A stretch of DNA of 64,000 bases from Octopus vulgaris (taxonomy: Eukaryota): the NCBI GenBank assembly GCA_951406725.2, contig OX597817.1, forward strand, positions 44,144,001 through 44,208,000, in the 5' to 3' direction. Positions 1 through 13,211 of this stretch are shown one piece after another. The position numbers and the translations under genes were made by a program. The notes below the pieces were generated by a model that saw nothing but the letters and a program-made list of their open reading frames with translations, was not told the DNA's origin and ran no database searches. Numbering within the stretch: the first letter of the stretch is position 1; every line of letters begins with the position of its first letter.

Positions 1-405
1 AACAATGTGGCGTATACATATCTAACAAGTAATAAAATCTATGAGTATATTCAATATCGTAATATGCATGTATGAACATGTACATTTATATATTATGCTG
101 CAAAGTCAATGGTGTTATTTACGACGACTTCAAGTTATTATTACATTGAAATTCACGTAAATATATACATACATGCATATATGCGAATGTGTGTGTGCGT
201 GTATACACACGTTTGATATATTTGGTAACGTACACAAAAAAAAAAGAGCAACCCTCAATAGGTTTCCGTTGAATCAGCTGTTCTTTTACCCCATATATAT
301 GTAAGCTTTCGACACACACACATGCGCCCCTTACACATACCTGCATGCTGATGTGTGTGAATTTATTCAAACTTTCACAGATTTTGTATTATTTTTCTTC
401 ATGTA

Positions 406-629
406 CAATAATCCCTCGACTATCGCGGGTGTTACGTTCTACAGCTCTCCGCGTTAGGTGAAACTCCGAGAAGTAGAAACAGTATATTTAAAAAAAATTT
501 TTCTATATTTTGTATATATTTATTTTGCTATAAATGCAAAATAACACCACGGAATCGACGCAAGCTTAAATAATAAACCGCGATATGTGAACCGCGATAG
601 GTGCACCGCGATATAGCGAGGGATTACTG
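406..629. mobile_element. Tigger/pogo-like MITE (Tc1/mariner superfamily), 224 bp
   Basis: Left TIR CAATAATCCCTCGACTATCGCGG; reverse complement of right end CAGTAATCCCTCGCTATATCGCGG. TA on both sides (404-405, 630-631). No ORF. Confidence 0.85.
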
Positions 630-1032
630 TATACCTTTTATACTATATATTTCCTAATTTTATACTATATATTTCATAATTCTATATATTTCTATATATA
701 TTCTATATAATACTATATATTTCATAATTCAAAGGTATGCTGTATACCTTCTATACTATATATTTCATAATTTATATATATTTATCTTAAAAGTACCCTG
801 TCTCATATATCATGAAACAAATACTTCAACTGCAATATACGCGAAACTCAGAGTAAAAGCAGACCATAAATACAAGTCTTTAATAAATATTCACTGGCTA
901 CTTCTATGTTATAGCTTTTCGCCGTTTTTGCAAATTGAAATATGCATGTGTTCATGATTGCGTGTGTGTGCATGCCTCTCTCTCTCTCTCTATACATACA
1001 TACATACATACATACATACATACATACATACA

Positions 1033-1097
<65 letters not shown>

Positions 1098-1116
1098 ACA
1101 CATCTCACTCTCTCTT

Positions 1117-1161
<45 letters not shown>

Positions 1162-1349
1162 CATGTATATAACTACAGGTTAGAATATTATGGAAGCAAG
1201 AGTTATATCAATAGTTATCCGCATAGTATTGTTAGCTTCTCTGTATATCAATTACTTTAACATGAACCTATTGTTTAACCTAAATAGGAAATTTGGAAAT
1301 CTTAATATTTAATTTCAGTTCGTCTAATACCATATATGTATGTGTATAT

Positions 1350-1425
<76 letters not shown>

Positions 1426-1995
1426 CCAGTTAATATATCATTACACCAAAAATAAAAAAGACAAAAAAAAAAAACAAAGAAACAACAATTAACAAAGATG
1501 AAATAAACATACATTGAAAAAAATATATATAATAGCATATAATAGCCGATACCCTTTCTTGCAATATGTGGTATAACACAGGTGAGACAGCGCTATGGCG
1601 AGTCAGCTGACACAGCTTCTAATGTCCACCAGTGTTCATTTAGCAATCTGACATCATACAGATTCAGCCACAACTAGAAGTAACTAAGCGAGTATATAGA
1701 CAGAGTATATAATTCTTTAGTGATGATCGCGCTTACTTGATGATGTGTAATATAATGATGCTTGATTATAAATGGTAAGCAAATTCATACAACAAATGTA
1801 TGGAAAAATGAAGTATTAGATATGGAAGGAAAGTAGGGAGATGTAGAGAATATAACTATAAAAACTAGAAAATACAAGTGTATAATAAATAGCAAATGTC
1901 ATAAGCAGGTATATCATATGCAGGCACATATGTATGTATATATGTACGTACATTTACATACACACTCATATACTTAATATATCCATATACATACT

Positions 1996-2035
<40 letters not shown>

Positions 2036-2716
2036 CACGCACACGAATAAATATATATGATATATATAGAGGGAGATACAGACTATATATGTATATAAAT
2101 ATATATTCAAATATATAAATGTATACAGGTACATACATTCATACATATACAGGCACGAATACACACATACTGACACACGCATATACATATACAGCCACAT
2201 GTACATTCAATAAATATTTATGTGTAAATTTATATATTATTAATGTAATTATTACAAATGGCGACCAATTTTGGAAGAGTGTATACGGAAAAGTAATAAG
2301 TAGAATGTAATTAAAATCAGAGAAATATTTCAAAATCGAACGCAAATATATCATATTTTAACAACGATACACAAACACACACACGCGCGCGCGCACACAC
2401 ACAGAGGCACACGCATGTACATGCGACGAAACCTTTAAATACAACTTATTCACATTGTATATGTGTGCGTGTGAGCGTGTGCATTTGTGATATTGGCTGT
2501 ATACGAAATATCTGTTCGTAGATTCTGTATATAAATCCTATGTTAATATAATTTGCATGTATATACTTGTGAGTTATTTATTAGCGTGTTTATATAGGTA
2601 GTATTATATTTTATTAGGAGAATGTATATAGAAATGGAAATAATACAATTATGATTATATATATATATATATATAATATACATATATATATATATGTATA
2701 TATATGTATATATATG

Positions 2717-2789
<73 letters not shown>

Positions 2790-2874
2790 GCATGTGCATA
2801 TAATTTGTTAATAATAAGATTTGGTAAATATAACATGTTCATGTTATTCATACATATATACTTGCTTGAAATAT

Positions 2875-3070
2875 CTTGTTGCTTAGCCAGTTTCAGTCTT
2901 GTTAGAGTAGACCTATGATAAAAGGCGTTCCAACTATGGTTATCCCAGTATGCTCTTGAGCAATGCTCATCTTGAACTACTTAATCCAATGAGCATTTAA
3001 AAAAAATTTGATAGAGAATTTGGCTGTTATTTCTACCGGACCGAGTGACTACACAGTAACTCTCTCGTTA
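2875..3070 (-). repeat. Old ~230-bp dispersed repeat (family F), probably a retroelement 3' end
   Basis: Reverse complement ends ATCATAGGTCT...CTGAAACTGGCTAAGCAACA, resembling + strand copies at ~7870-8105, 9315-9530, 10225-10285, 15880-15995, 18985-19240 and 33700-33770. Confidence 0.55.
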
Positions 3071-4244
3071 ACTGGAAATAGTTTGGTATATTTGTTTGAT
3101 ATGTACACAATGATATTATTGATACGTGTGCGTTTAAGAAGATCCTGTATGTGTGTATATGTGGTATGTTATGCGTATATGGATTGTAGCTGTCCCTTCC
3201 TACATATGCAATTTACATAATTTTTTGAAGCTAACAACCAGCAGTTGGATTTTAAAATTTACTGAGTCCATAGAAAAGTAATTTGTGAAAAGTAGTCCAG
3301 CTAAATACAGAAAACAATGAAATGAAATGAAATTCATAAAAATTAGATATATGCTTCGTATATTGATAACGTATATTTCCAATCAATAAATAGCATAAAA
3401 TTAAATAAAATATACATTTCAATTTCCTGATGCATACATGCATGCATACATACATACATACATACATACATACATACATACATACATGCATACATACCTA
3501 CACACATACATTCATACATACATACATACATACATACATACATACATACATACATACATACATACATACATACATACATACAGGATGAATATGGAAAATT
3601 ACTAGGAAACTTACAGCTTGTATTTGATCTGTGCTTTTTTAGAGCAAAGTTAAAATTGGAAGACCTAGAATTTTAGAAATTTGTTTGTCACATTCAAGTC
3701 TAAATGTTAACTTAGTGGAATCTGCCTTCTATTGAGGTCTTGTACTTGTTGGGGATGAATAATCAATCTTATCAATTCAACAATCACTTTAACAAAATCA
3801 GTCGTAGTAAATAGAAACCTTGAAAAAGCAATGGTCAAATATTATAGCTATGATCCCACCTGTAACTAGCTAGTCCTTAGTGTGGATTTTTTGTAAGAGA
3901 CTTTAAGGGCATGGTGGGTTTTATCTAACATGCAACGCCAAATATATTTCATCTATAACAGCTAATTTTGTACAGTCTCTCTCGCGCTCTGCCTGTAAAA
4001 ACGTCTTCTCAATATAATATAATATATATAAGTTGAATTTAGAATTAAAATTAAGGTTTAGAAAGGAGACATTAAAACGCAGTATCCAAACCTTGTTTCG
4101 GTTAAGTCCCAGGTTGTGCGCCTAAAAAGCACGCTCACCACTTATGGCTATCAGGCGCCATCTACGTTACTGCACTTTCGTCGCTGGATCAATGTCAGGA
4201 ATTCCTAGGTTCACGTTGGGTGTATTTTAAATAATCGATACGGA

Positions 4245-4760
4245 AGACAGAGTGTAACTAGAAGATTTATTTAGCACAACAATCGTTTCGGCTGCGTTCT
4301 GTACTGCTGCCTTGTGGGTGAGGAACGGTTTAATGTGACTTCAGATGTTGCGCACAGTGCAAGAAGCCTCATCAGGTGATGTAACATGCTTTAAAAGTTA
4401 TAAGATTTACATTTCGCTCCAAGATGGATGCTGGTGGTATTATGGTGTGTTGCAAGTGGTTCAAACACATTGATGAAGTGAGGATATTTGTGGACAGGAA
4501 GTGGTTGATAAAGAAGTAAAAATACAAAGAGTCCAGTATAAATGAGGAGTGGGTGTTTATACTTGTGTTCAGGAATTGGTTGATAAAGAATACAAAATAC
4601 AAAGAACCTAATGTAAATGGTGGGTGGTGTGTGTTTATGGCTTTGGATGGAAAGGCCCTAAAGCGTGTGGATACCTTTGATGGCTAGCTATGGCAGTCAA
4701 GCGTGCCGGCGTGGTCAAGAATTTAGTGGTGGTGTGATTCCCGTTTTTAAACTTGATGGC
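4245..4760 (-). mobile_element. Penelope-like element terminal fragment carrying a hammerhead motif
   Basis: Minus-strand CAC-CTGATGA-GGCT...AGCC-GAAAC-GATT-GTT-GTG followed by AATAAA. Extent is approximate and the PLE assignment is inferred from the hammerhead. Confidence 0.5.
4275..4378 (-). ncRNA. Type I hammerhead ribozyme-like motif with long loop II
   Basis: Intact core CUGAUGA/GAAA/GUU; stem I CAC:GUG; stem II GGCU:AGCC closing a ~71-nt loop; stem III AC:GU with a GAUU loop. Confidence 0.7.
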
Positions 4761-4821
4761 TGCTTTCACCAACACACGCACAAGACACACACACTCACTC
4801 ACATATATACATCTGTATAAA

Positions 4822-5052
4822 AGGCGGCGAGCTGGCAGAAACGTTAGTACGCCGGGCAAAATGCGTAGCCGTATTTCGTCTGACGTTACGTTCTGTGTTC
4901 AAATTCCGCCGAGGTCGACTTTGCCTTTCATCCTTTCGGGGTCGATAAATTAAGAACCAGTTGCGCACTGGGGTTGATGTAATCGACTAAATCCCTTTGT
5001 CTGTCCTTGTTTGTCCCCTCTGTGTTTAGCCCCTTGTGGGTAGTAAAGAAAT
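4822..5052 (+). mobile_element. tRNA-derived SINE family A (Meta-domain-like centre), full length
   Basis: A-box-like TGGCAGAAACGTTAG, B-box-like GTTCAAATTCC, central GCCTTTCATCCTTTCGGGGTCGATAAAT. TSD ATATATACATCTGT (4803-4816 / 5053-5066). Several copies in the window. Confidence 0.9.
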
Positions 5053-5354
5053 ATATATACATCTGTGCGTGTATGTATATATACACACACACATGCACTC
5101 ACAGACCCATATATATATACATACATACGGACACATAATTCATCCTGTCGATTCACACATACAAATATATAGACACATGAAAATACACACATACACACGG
5201 ACATACACTCACTTTTTAATACGCACTCGTGCCATTCGGCGTATGGACATAGACGAATCAGTGTATATTTATACATATATATCTATAGCTTGCATTCATA
5301 TATACAAGCACAAACATATACAAGGGTACATGTATACTTAGTTATGTATATAGT

Positions 5355-5547
5355 GAGGACTTACAAAAAAAAAAAAAACAATCCAAAACAGAAGACGAAG
5401 ACGGGTGTGTAAACAATAAACAGATGTATTAGTTTAACGCTCGGGAAGTGAGAAAGTCTTTTACGTTTCGAGCCTACGCTCTTCGGCAGAAGGAACACAG
5501 AAATAAGCAGGGAGAGAAAATAGAAAAAAGTTATAGTGGCCAGCGAT

Positions 5548-5550
<3 letters not shown>
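5355..5550 (-). mobile_element. Penelope-like terminal fragment with degenerate hammerhead (same family as 26615-26770)
   Basis: Shares ACAGATGTATT...AACGCTCGGGAAGT...CGTTTCGAGCCTACG with 26615-26770. Minus strand 5458-5493 reads CUGCCGA-A-GAGC-GUAG-GCUC-GAAAC-GUA-AAAG. Confidence 0.6.
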
Positions 5551-5588
<38 letters not shown>

Positions 5589-6240
5589 TATGCTGAAAAA
5601 AAGAAACGGTGGTATAAAACACAAGTCTTGAAAGAGAACTTCTCTTTCAATAAACTATATATACAGTTATCCATTGGTGTGTACCGTGTTTGTTTATTCA
5701 TGTTTTGAAAAAAATGTAGAATTATAATCATACTTACGCAGTGTAAAATGTCACTTGTAACAGACTAGAGTTCAATCTAATGACAATGAGTTATTGTTCA
5801 AAACCACCCTTTAAAAGAAATAAACATACTGGTCAGTATTTCTACGATGATCAGCCGTATGTAAGGAACCGTATGAGAAATTTTGATTCTATCTAGAATT
5901 GCATCTTGCTGTAAATGTGCAATTAGTTGTTAAGACAAGAAATGTAACTCTGTTTATGTAGAAACTAATTTGGTTTGGAACGAATAGCTGCATCAAATCT
6001 TCCTGAAAATCTGTTTTTGTGCTATCAGATGTAAAACCATTGCCAATCTTGGAAGTCAGAGTTAGTCAAGGCATCGTATTCAAGATTGTATATGTCTGCT
6101 TACCTAAAATATAAACTGGCGTCAGAGTTATTACTACGTCTTCTTATAGCTCTCACTGATTATTTGACTTTGTACTATTTAAATTTGAAACCATTGCCTA
6201 ACTCGAGAGACGAAATTAATTATATTCATTTACAGAATAG

Positions 6241-6323
6241 ACGAATAGACAAGCACAGAGCACGAATAGACAAACACAGAGCACGAATAGACAAACACAG
6301 AGCACGAAGAGACAAACACAGAG
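6241..6323 (+). repeat. 21-bp minisatellite, 4 copies (ACGAATAGACAAACACAGAGC)
   Basis: Direct tandem copies with 0-1 mismatch. Confidence 0.95.
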
Positions 6324-6501
6324 ACATTATTTAACCAACATTCATACTTGTACCCATGTAATCAAACAAATACGATTATTCTGGAAGACGGTTTCACAAA
6401 TACATAAAAATACAGCCACATGCACGTAAAAAATTATAAACGAACACAGACATATATGATTTATAGTAATGTTTTGTAATGCCTTTTTTTAAATATTCTG
6501 T

Positions 6502-6670
6502 TTATTCTATATTTATTTCATATTCGACTTCTGGTGGTCTCCGTTGCTGCTGTATACTTATCCGGTTCAACATATCTAAAACTGGTAACTGATCTCGGTC
6601 CGTCCGACTGCTTCTACAGTTCTCGTCTACCGAAGACCTCTCCCTACGGGTATTGGTCAGCATGAGCCTA
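6502..6670 (-). CDS. Candidate terminal coding exon, unknown product
   Basis: Acceptor GTTTCTGTGTATCTTTTCAG; only one frame open (RLMLTNTRRERSS...RRPPEVEYEINIE-stop); non-repetitive and more GC-rich than flanks. No homology recognised. Confidence 0.35.
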
Positions 6671-7149
6671 CTGAAAAGATACACAGAAACTTGTGATTTC
6701 TCATTCTAGAATACAGCACTCCATAAATGTTCGCACGTGCACACATATACACACATATATGATGTGTATGCGTGTATATGTGTGATTATGCGTGCATATA
6801 CTAATTCATATATATCATTGCATATTATATATACTTTTGTACTTCAGTACACTGAATCTCTACTAAATCACTAAATATCTCTACTAAATCACTAAATATT
6901 TATTACTAAATATTTATTACTAAATATTTATTAGAAATACTGAGTTTACACTCTGAAGTTTCCTTGATACTTGCTTCTTAAAACAAGGTAGCTTTGAGAA
7001 GCCAGTATCAGCGAATCTTCGAAATGCACAATTACTAATGATAATATTTATTATCCTTTTGTAACAGAATTCTTAGCGCTTCACTGCTTCTTAACTGCTT
7101 CATTTTTGTTTGTGCCACTTTTGTTGGCGTTGAGTTAACCGGTGTCTAG

Positions 7150-7720
7150 GACCTGAAGGTGTACCAGAAGCCGAAATCCATCGAAGACAATATACAAATG
7201 ATGTTTTGCCGCTACGGACTCTCTGAATGAACTGAAAGTTTAAAAAATGAGTGCATCAAGAAGGAGTCGAACGCTCAATATGTCATCTCGTGATGATATT
7301 GAACAAGTCCGTGATGTAGTTCTGTCGAACATACGTGTACTGTGAAGTGGAAAATAATAAAGAAATGAGTTATGGTTCATCCTACATTTATCTTACAAAA
7401 CAGATTTGACTTCAGTAAAATCTGTGCAAGATGGTTGTCAACTCACAGAATTTCACAAGTAATGGCTTTTTGAAATCCACCAACGATTATTAGATCCGTA
7501 ACGTGGAAAAAAACGACACATTTTTGAAACATTTAGTGTCAAGCCGGAGAGTAGACACTAAAATATAGAAATGAAACAATCATCCTTTAAGACAAAACTC
7601 ATCAATCAATGAGCAATTGGTAAAACGATGCTAACATACTTGAAACACGCAATGACCAATGCTGGAGCAATTATCAGGAGAGATGTTCAGCAGTATTCGT
7701 TATAGTGCGATATTATGTGA
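7150..7720 (+). pseudogene. Highly decayed mariner transposase relic
   Basis: Frameshifted fragments in mariner order: EGVPEAEIHRR (7155), FSKICARWL..LTEFHK (7411, WVPxxL-like), KPESR (7541), GKTMLT (7619). Confidence 0.7.
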
Positions 7721-8528
7721 CATGCCCTGCAATTCCTTTTAGGGGCTTCTATTTACTGCAAATAATTTTGTTGAATAGAAAATAGTCTTTTATGCTACAT
7801 CATGAAAAATAAATTTTAAACGGAATGTGTCGGCTGATGCTGCCAAGAACGATTTATGTTGTGAAGAATATATATTAGCAGTGAAATCTGCCAGACAATA
7901 CAGAATCCATCGTTTGATAGAAGTAACTGTCCAGTATTCCTTAAATCACATAATTATTTAAAGTATTGAGAAAGAACACAGGAGAATGTAGCACTAGCTG
8001 CAATATTAATGAAAAGAAAGGATGGAATAATCCCATCGGCTAAACCTTTCTACCTACATCTGTTTTTTTGAAGTTGACCTTGGGCTAAAAAGAAAAGCAA
8101 TAACCGCTTCGACATAAGAGATCTGTGTAAGTTAAGATATTGAAAGCATCTTAAAAGCAAAGAACAAAAATATTGTTAAGACGAGAAAATGTCTCCGATA
8201 GGTGGAAAAGTTCCCGCTTTGACAGATTCAACAGCCTCTGGAAATGGCGATAGTGGACTGCTGTTAGTGACATTTCACTTGAGATATATTGTTCTCTGTC
8301 TGCGATTGACTAAGAATTGACACAGAAGCATAGCTCAACTCCTTCAGCAATTCATTGACATTTCTAACAAGATAATAAAGTGCTTAAATTAGAAACTGTG
8401 TATCACATGACATACCAATGAATACTCGAAGAAGCTGGCAAGTTTCTTTATTTTTTTTTGTTTTGTGATCTTCAAGACTTGTTTTATGGTTGAATAATAA
8501 CTGGTGATTCTAAGAGCATAGTTTTGGT

Positions 8529-9068
8529 CAGTGGTTCTCAACCATTTGTACCTCAGCCATCACTATCATTGAATATTGTTTGGCAAAAGTGTGTTAAGCA
8601 ATAAAAAAAAGGGTGCGGGGGAATTATTTCTATTAAACGGAATCTAATTTTGCAGAATGGTTTATTATTTTCCATGTTTTCGATACAATCCCATCCAGCA
8701 TGTACTTTTTTTTTAAACATATAGGCATGGACTAATGCTCTCGATGATCAATATTTATGGAAATTACTACAAAAGGTGAAAAACTTATATAGTGGAATCT
8801 TTTTTGTATCTCTAGCGCATAATCAGTCATATTTTTGCTCAATATCTTTCCCCACAATATCTTTCTAACATTCAAATCTCAATAAAGAAGTATTTTGTTT
8901 TTTAAATGTGCTTAAAATATGAATATCGTACTTTAAATATTCTATTTCTTAGAAAAATCACAACCTCTCTTAAGTACTATAATTCCCCTTTGCCATTTGT
9001 TGCCACCCTCAAAGCCTCTCCATGTCAACTCGCCAAGTGGGCGCTTCCGCCTTGGTTAAAGTCCACAG
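8529..9068. mobile_element. Old hAT (Charlie/MER5-like) non-autonomous element
   Basis: Left end CAGTGGTTCTCAACC; degenerate right end GGTTAAAGTCCACAG; 8-bp TSD GTTTTGGT (8521-8528) vs GTTTTGAT (9069-9076). Confidence 0.6.
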
Positions 9069-9689
9069 GTTTTGATGAATATTAAGAGTTATTCACAGTA
9101 AATTTATCAGGAAAAATTGTGGTACTTTCTATAAAGGAAAAATATTCAAGCTAATATAAAATATTTTCTATTTTGTTTTTACTGAAAACAAGCTTGTTTC
9201 AGTTAGTTCCCTTTAAGATATAACAAACCATACAACCGATCTTAAAGTGTGTAGTAAATACAGAGATTCACTTGAAATTGTATAATGGTTTTTGCTTAAG
9301 AGACTCACAAACAAAAACAAAGACGAAGGAGTCTTTATGGAGTCATTCAACCTGTTAAAACTAATAGCAAAATCTCCCTAAAATCGAATCCTGTCGTCTT
9401 TATAAGGATAAGACATATATAATGTAGTACAACACGCCGCTAAAAAGACGAGAAAAAGCATAGGTGGAATATCTCAGATCATAGGTCTATTTTATTGAAA
9501 GCTGATCTGGGGCTAAACAGCAATAACAGCACAAATAAACCACGAATATATAGGGGAACTTCTACTGGTTCTCAGACCCAAAGAAACAGAAATCAAACCA
9601 CGCTCTAATTACACGCAACTACCTCACAAACAGGATGGACAAATACAGTGAATAATGTAATTCTAGATAAAACAAAAATTAAAAATAAT

Positions 9690-9939
9690 GAGCAGTAGTG
9701 GTTGTGTGGTAAGGAGCTTGCTTCCTAACCACATGGTTCCGGGTTCAGTCCCACTACGTGGCACCTTGGGCAAGTGTCTTCTACTATAACCTCGAGCCGA
9801 CCAAATCCTTGTGAGTGGATTTGGTAGGCGGAAACTGAAAGAAGCTCGTCGTATATATATATACGTCTGACAGCGCCCCGCGTCAGGTTCGTTTCGATTT
9901 GTCGGTTCGTTGCACTTCTTGTCTCCATTCAATTTTTAA

Positions 9940-9987
<48 letters not shown>

Positions 9988-10216
9988 GTATGTGTGTTTG
10001 TATGTTTGTGTGTCTATTTTTATCCCCCCACCATCGCTTGACACCGATACTGGTTTGTTTATGTCTCCGTAACTTAGCGGTTCGGCAAAAGAGACCGATA
10101 GAATAAGTACTAGCCTTACAAAGAATAAGTTCTGGTGTCGACTTGTTCGACTAAAAGCGGTGCTCCAGCATGACCGCAGTTAAAATGACTGGAATAAGTA
10201 AAGGAGTAAAAGAGTA
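9690..10216 (+). mobile_element. SINE family B (tRNA head, CORE-like domain, internal microsatellite, LINE-like tail)
   Basis: A/B boxes TGGTTGTGTGG and GGGTTCAGTCCC, CORE-like ACCTTGGGCAAGTG, internal (TA)n(TG)n, 3' module ending GGTGCTCCAGCATGACCGCAG...AGTAAAAGAG. Confidence 0.9.
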
Positions 10217-10583
10217 AGCACTCACAGATGGAACACCTTTTGTCATAGGTGCTCTTCATCTGGGCTGACCTGGGGTTATACAAAATATCACCTATAACTC
10301 ACAGTGATTACTTTTCCGAACATTGAGAATATTTCTGAGAAAATCGTTTGCTAAAGCTATATTCATATTTCCAGATACGGTAGGTTAAAAAAACTGTGAA
10401 CGTATAAAGTATTTCTGTCAGTGATACAAACCACACATTTAAGAGGAGGGGAAAAATATGATTAGATGGATTTATATGGATTCGAGTACCTGGCTGATAC
10501 TTATCTCATATAAATTCGAAAAATGAAAGACTATGCGGGAAGGACTTGAACTCAACACATATAAGGACTTAACAATCTGTCGC

Positions 10584-10668
10584 AAGCGACTTCAGAGTTG
10601 CTGAGGGACTTCAGAATCGTTGGGAGAAGCGACTTCAGAATCGTTGGGAGAAGCGACTTCAGAATCGC
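10584..10668 (+). repeat. 24-bp tandem repeat, ~3.5 copies (GACTTCAGAATCGTTGGGAGAAGC)
   Basis: Direct tandem copies with no unique spacers. Confidence 0.9.
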
Positions 10669-10894
10669 AAGTTCTTTTAAATAATCTCAATTTTTTTTTA
10701 GTTTGAATTCTGTATATAGATGTCATGAAAAAGAAAGCAATTTTTTTTACTGATTATTATACTTTCCTTGAGAGTGTCACTAACAAACGTATGCGCACAC
10801 GCGCACCCTCTCTCCGCAATTTAATTCCAAATCCTTATGCATATGTGCGTGTGTGTATATACACATGAAAATATATGTGCATGAAATAAATATG

Positions 10895-10927
<33 letters not shown>

Positions 10928-11082
10928 ACATACACACACACATACACACAAGCGTTGAGCCATTCGCAGTTTGGTGTACCACGCTCGGATCATATACACA
11001 AATTTATTCACAAATTCACACAGTTTTTGTATGTACATCTGTGTATTTGTATGCGTGTGTGTGTGTATGTATGTACGTGTCT

Positions 11083-11132
<50 letters not shown>

Positions 11133-11139
11133 ACACATC

Positions 11140-11351
11140 CTTTTATTCTTTTATTCTCTTATTTTTTTCATTCATTTGGCTGTGGCCATGTTGGAGCAGC
11201 GCCTTTAGTCGAACAAATCGACCCCAGTACTTCTTTGTTAGCCTAGTACTTATTCTATCGGTCTATTTTACCGAAGCGCTAGGTCACGGGGACGCAAACA
11301 CACCAACATCGGCCATCAAGTGATGGTGGGGTGGGGGACAAACACACACAC

Positions 11352-11395
<44 letters not shown>

Positions 11396-11662
11396 CACGG
11401 GCTTCTTTCAGTTTCCGTCTACCAATTCCACTCACAAGGCTTTGGGCGGCCCGAGGTTATAGTAGAACACACTTCTATATTTAAAAGGTGAGGAATTATA
11501 TACATTATTTATATTTCACGGATATTTGTCCTCATCTTGTTTGTTATTAAGACAACGTTTGAGCTGAGATACTCTGCAGCTTTCATCAGGTGACTTGGAG
11601 TTACATTTCGGTTCCGGATTCTCCTTCCAAATGTATTTTTCGATGTTATTGTGTTATTATTA

Positions 11663-11717
<55 letters not shown>

Positions 11718-11742
11718 CATCATTATTATTGTTATTCAGTGA

Positions 11743-11793
<51 letters not shown>

Positions 11794-12018
11794 CAACATC
11801 GAATACCTTAGGAATGAGAATCCAGGTTCGAAATTTCCCCAAGACACCTGATGAAAGCTGGAGGGTATATCAGCTGAAACATTGTGTTTACAAACAAGAT
11901 GAGGACAAATATCCATCAAATGTAAATATTGTACAATACACTTGGTGAAGGTGCCATGCAGCGGGACTGATCCGGAAATCATGTGTTTGGGAAGTAAGCT
12001 ACTTACCACACAGCCACT
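11140..12018 (-). mobile_element. SINE family B, interrupted by insertion 11475-11937
   Basis: Reverse complement of family B. The SINE sequence breaks at ACACTT (11469-11474) and resumes at ACACTT (11938-11943). Confidence 0.85.
11475..11937. mobile_element. Palindromic Penelope-like insertion: two inverted arms, each with a hammerhead-like motif, and a (TTA)n/(AAT)n centre
   Basis: 11500-11650 is an imperfect reverse complement of 11795-11935. Right arm 11843-11888 reads GACAC-CTGATGA-A-AGCTG...CAGCT-GAAAC-ATT-GTGTT. 6-bp duplication ACACTT. Confidence 0.75.
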
Positions 12019-12062
12019 GAATATGAGTGTTTAAGTGAATGAAATATCTATAGGAAGATACA

Positions 12063-12112
<50 letters not shown>

Positions 12113-12406
12113 AACATACATATATATATATATACATATATACGATGCTCAATTAATGTGCAGCAGATACAGAGTTATATTAAATGATGCGTAAACCATT
12201 AGTCATATGTTGTACGGCATCCATCACTATCTACCTATGTACATATGTGCGAGCACGCGCATGTAAATGTATATTTTTGTGTGCGTGTGTCTGTGTTTCT
12301 GTTCGCCCGTATGATTTTCAATTTGGAACAAAATTAAGTTGGCAAACACACTTTGCATAAGGTTTCATAAATAACGGCGTTCATGGTAGCTAACTTCCTT
12401 GACAAC

Positions 12407-12447
<41 letters not shown>

Positions 12448-12531
12448 CTGTCTGTATGTAGGCATGCAATTATATGTGTGTATATATGTATATGTAGGCA
12501 TGTATCTGTCGATATCTACGTATACTTGTAA

Positions 12532-12567
<36 letters not shown>

Positions 12568-12569
<2 letters not shown>

Positions 12570-12730
12570 CGCAGGAGTGGCTGTGTGGTAAGTAGCTTGC
12601 TTACCAACCACATGGTTCCGGGTTCAGTTCCACTGCATAGCACCTTGGGCAAGTGTCTTCTACTATAGCCTCGGGCCAACCAAAGCCTTGTGAGTGGATT
12701 TGGTAGACGGAAACTGAAAGAAGCCCGTCG
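12568..12730 (+). mobile_element. SINE family B, 5' module only, embedded in (TA)n
   Basis: Near-identical to the 5' halves at 18139 and 30869; the 3' module is absent. Confidence 0.9.
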
Positions 12731-12732
12731 TA

Positions 12733-12790
<58 letters not shown>

Positions 12791-13211
12791 TATGTATATA
12801 TATACATACGTAAATGTAGAACGATGATAGGAGTGCTCAACATCGCATTGGTGGATATATAACAAATAAAGAAATATATGTGTGTGTGTGTGTATAGATG
12901 TTGGAAAATTGTGATAAACACAAGTATAAATATTTAATTCCTACATATGTTTCACCATTGCAGTTATTTGGAATTTAGCATTGGATGTTCCAAGTGTATT
13001 TGAATGCCTTACTGTAGGGTTAATCAGGGGAACACTTTATCGCTTCTATTACAGAGACATTGAACAGCTATCGATTAGCATTTACTTGCACAATGAACAC
13101 TCACTGCAGAGGAATGGAAATAACCATAATAGAATGGCGGAATATACGTACGGATATAAACTACAACTTGCTATATATATATATTTATATATATATATAT
13201 ATATATATATG

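Noticed and set aside
4822-4915. tRNA genes suggested by A/B boxes
   Set aside because: No cloverleaf is formed; the boxes are SINE heads continuing into SINE bodies with TSDs.
10584-10668. CRISPR-like repeat spacing
   Set aside because: The intervening sequences are identical or near-identical, so it is a tandem repeat; there are no cas genes and the context is eukaryotic.
12470-12865. Recurrent ORF RRASFSFRLPNPLTRLW...GTEPGTMWL
   Set aside because: It is the antisense translation of SINE family B, recurring at each copy.
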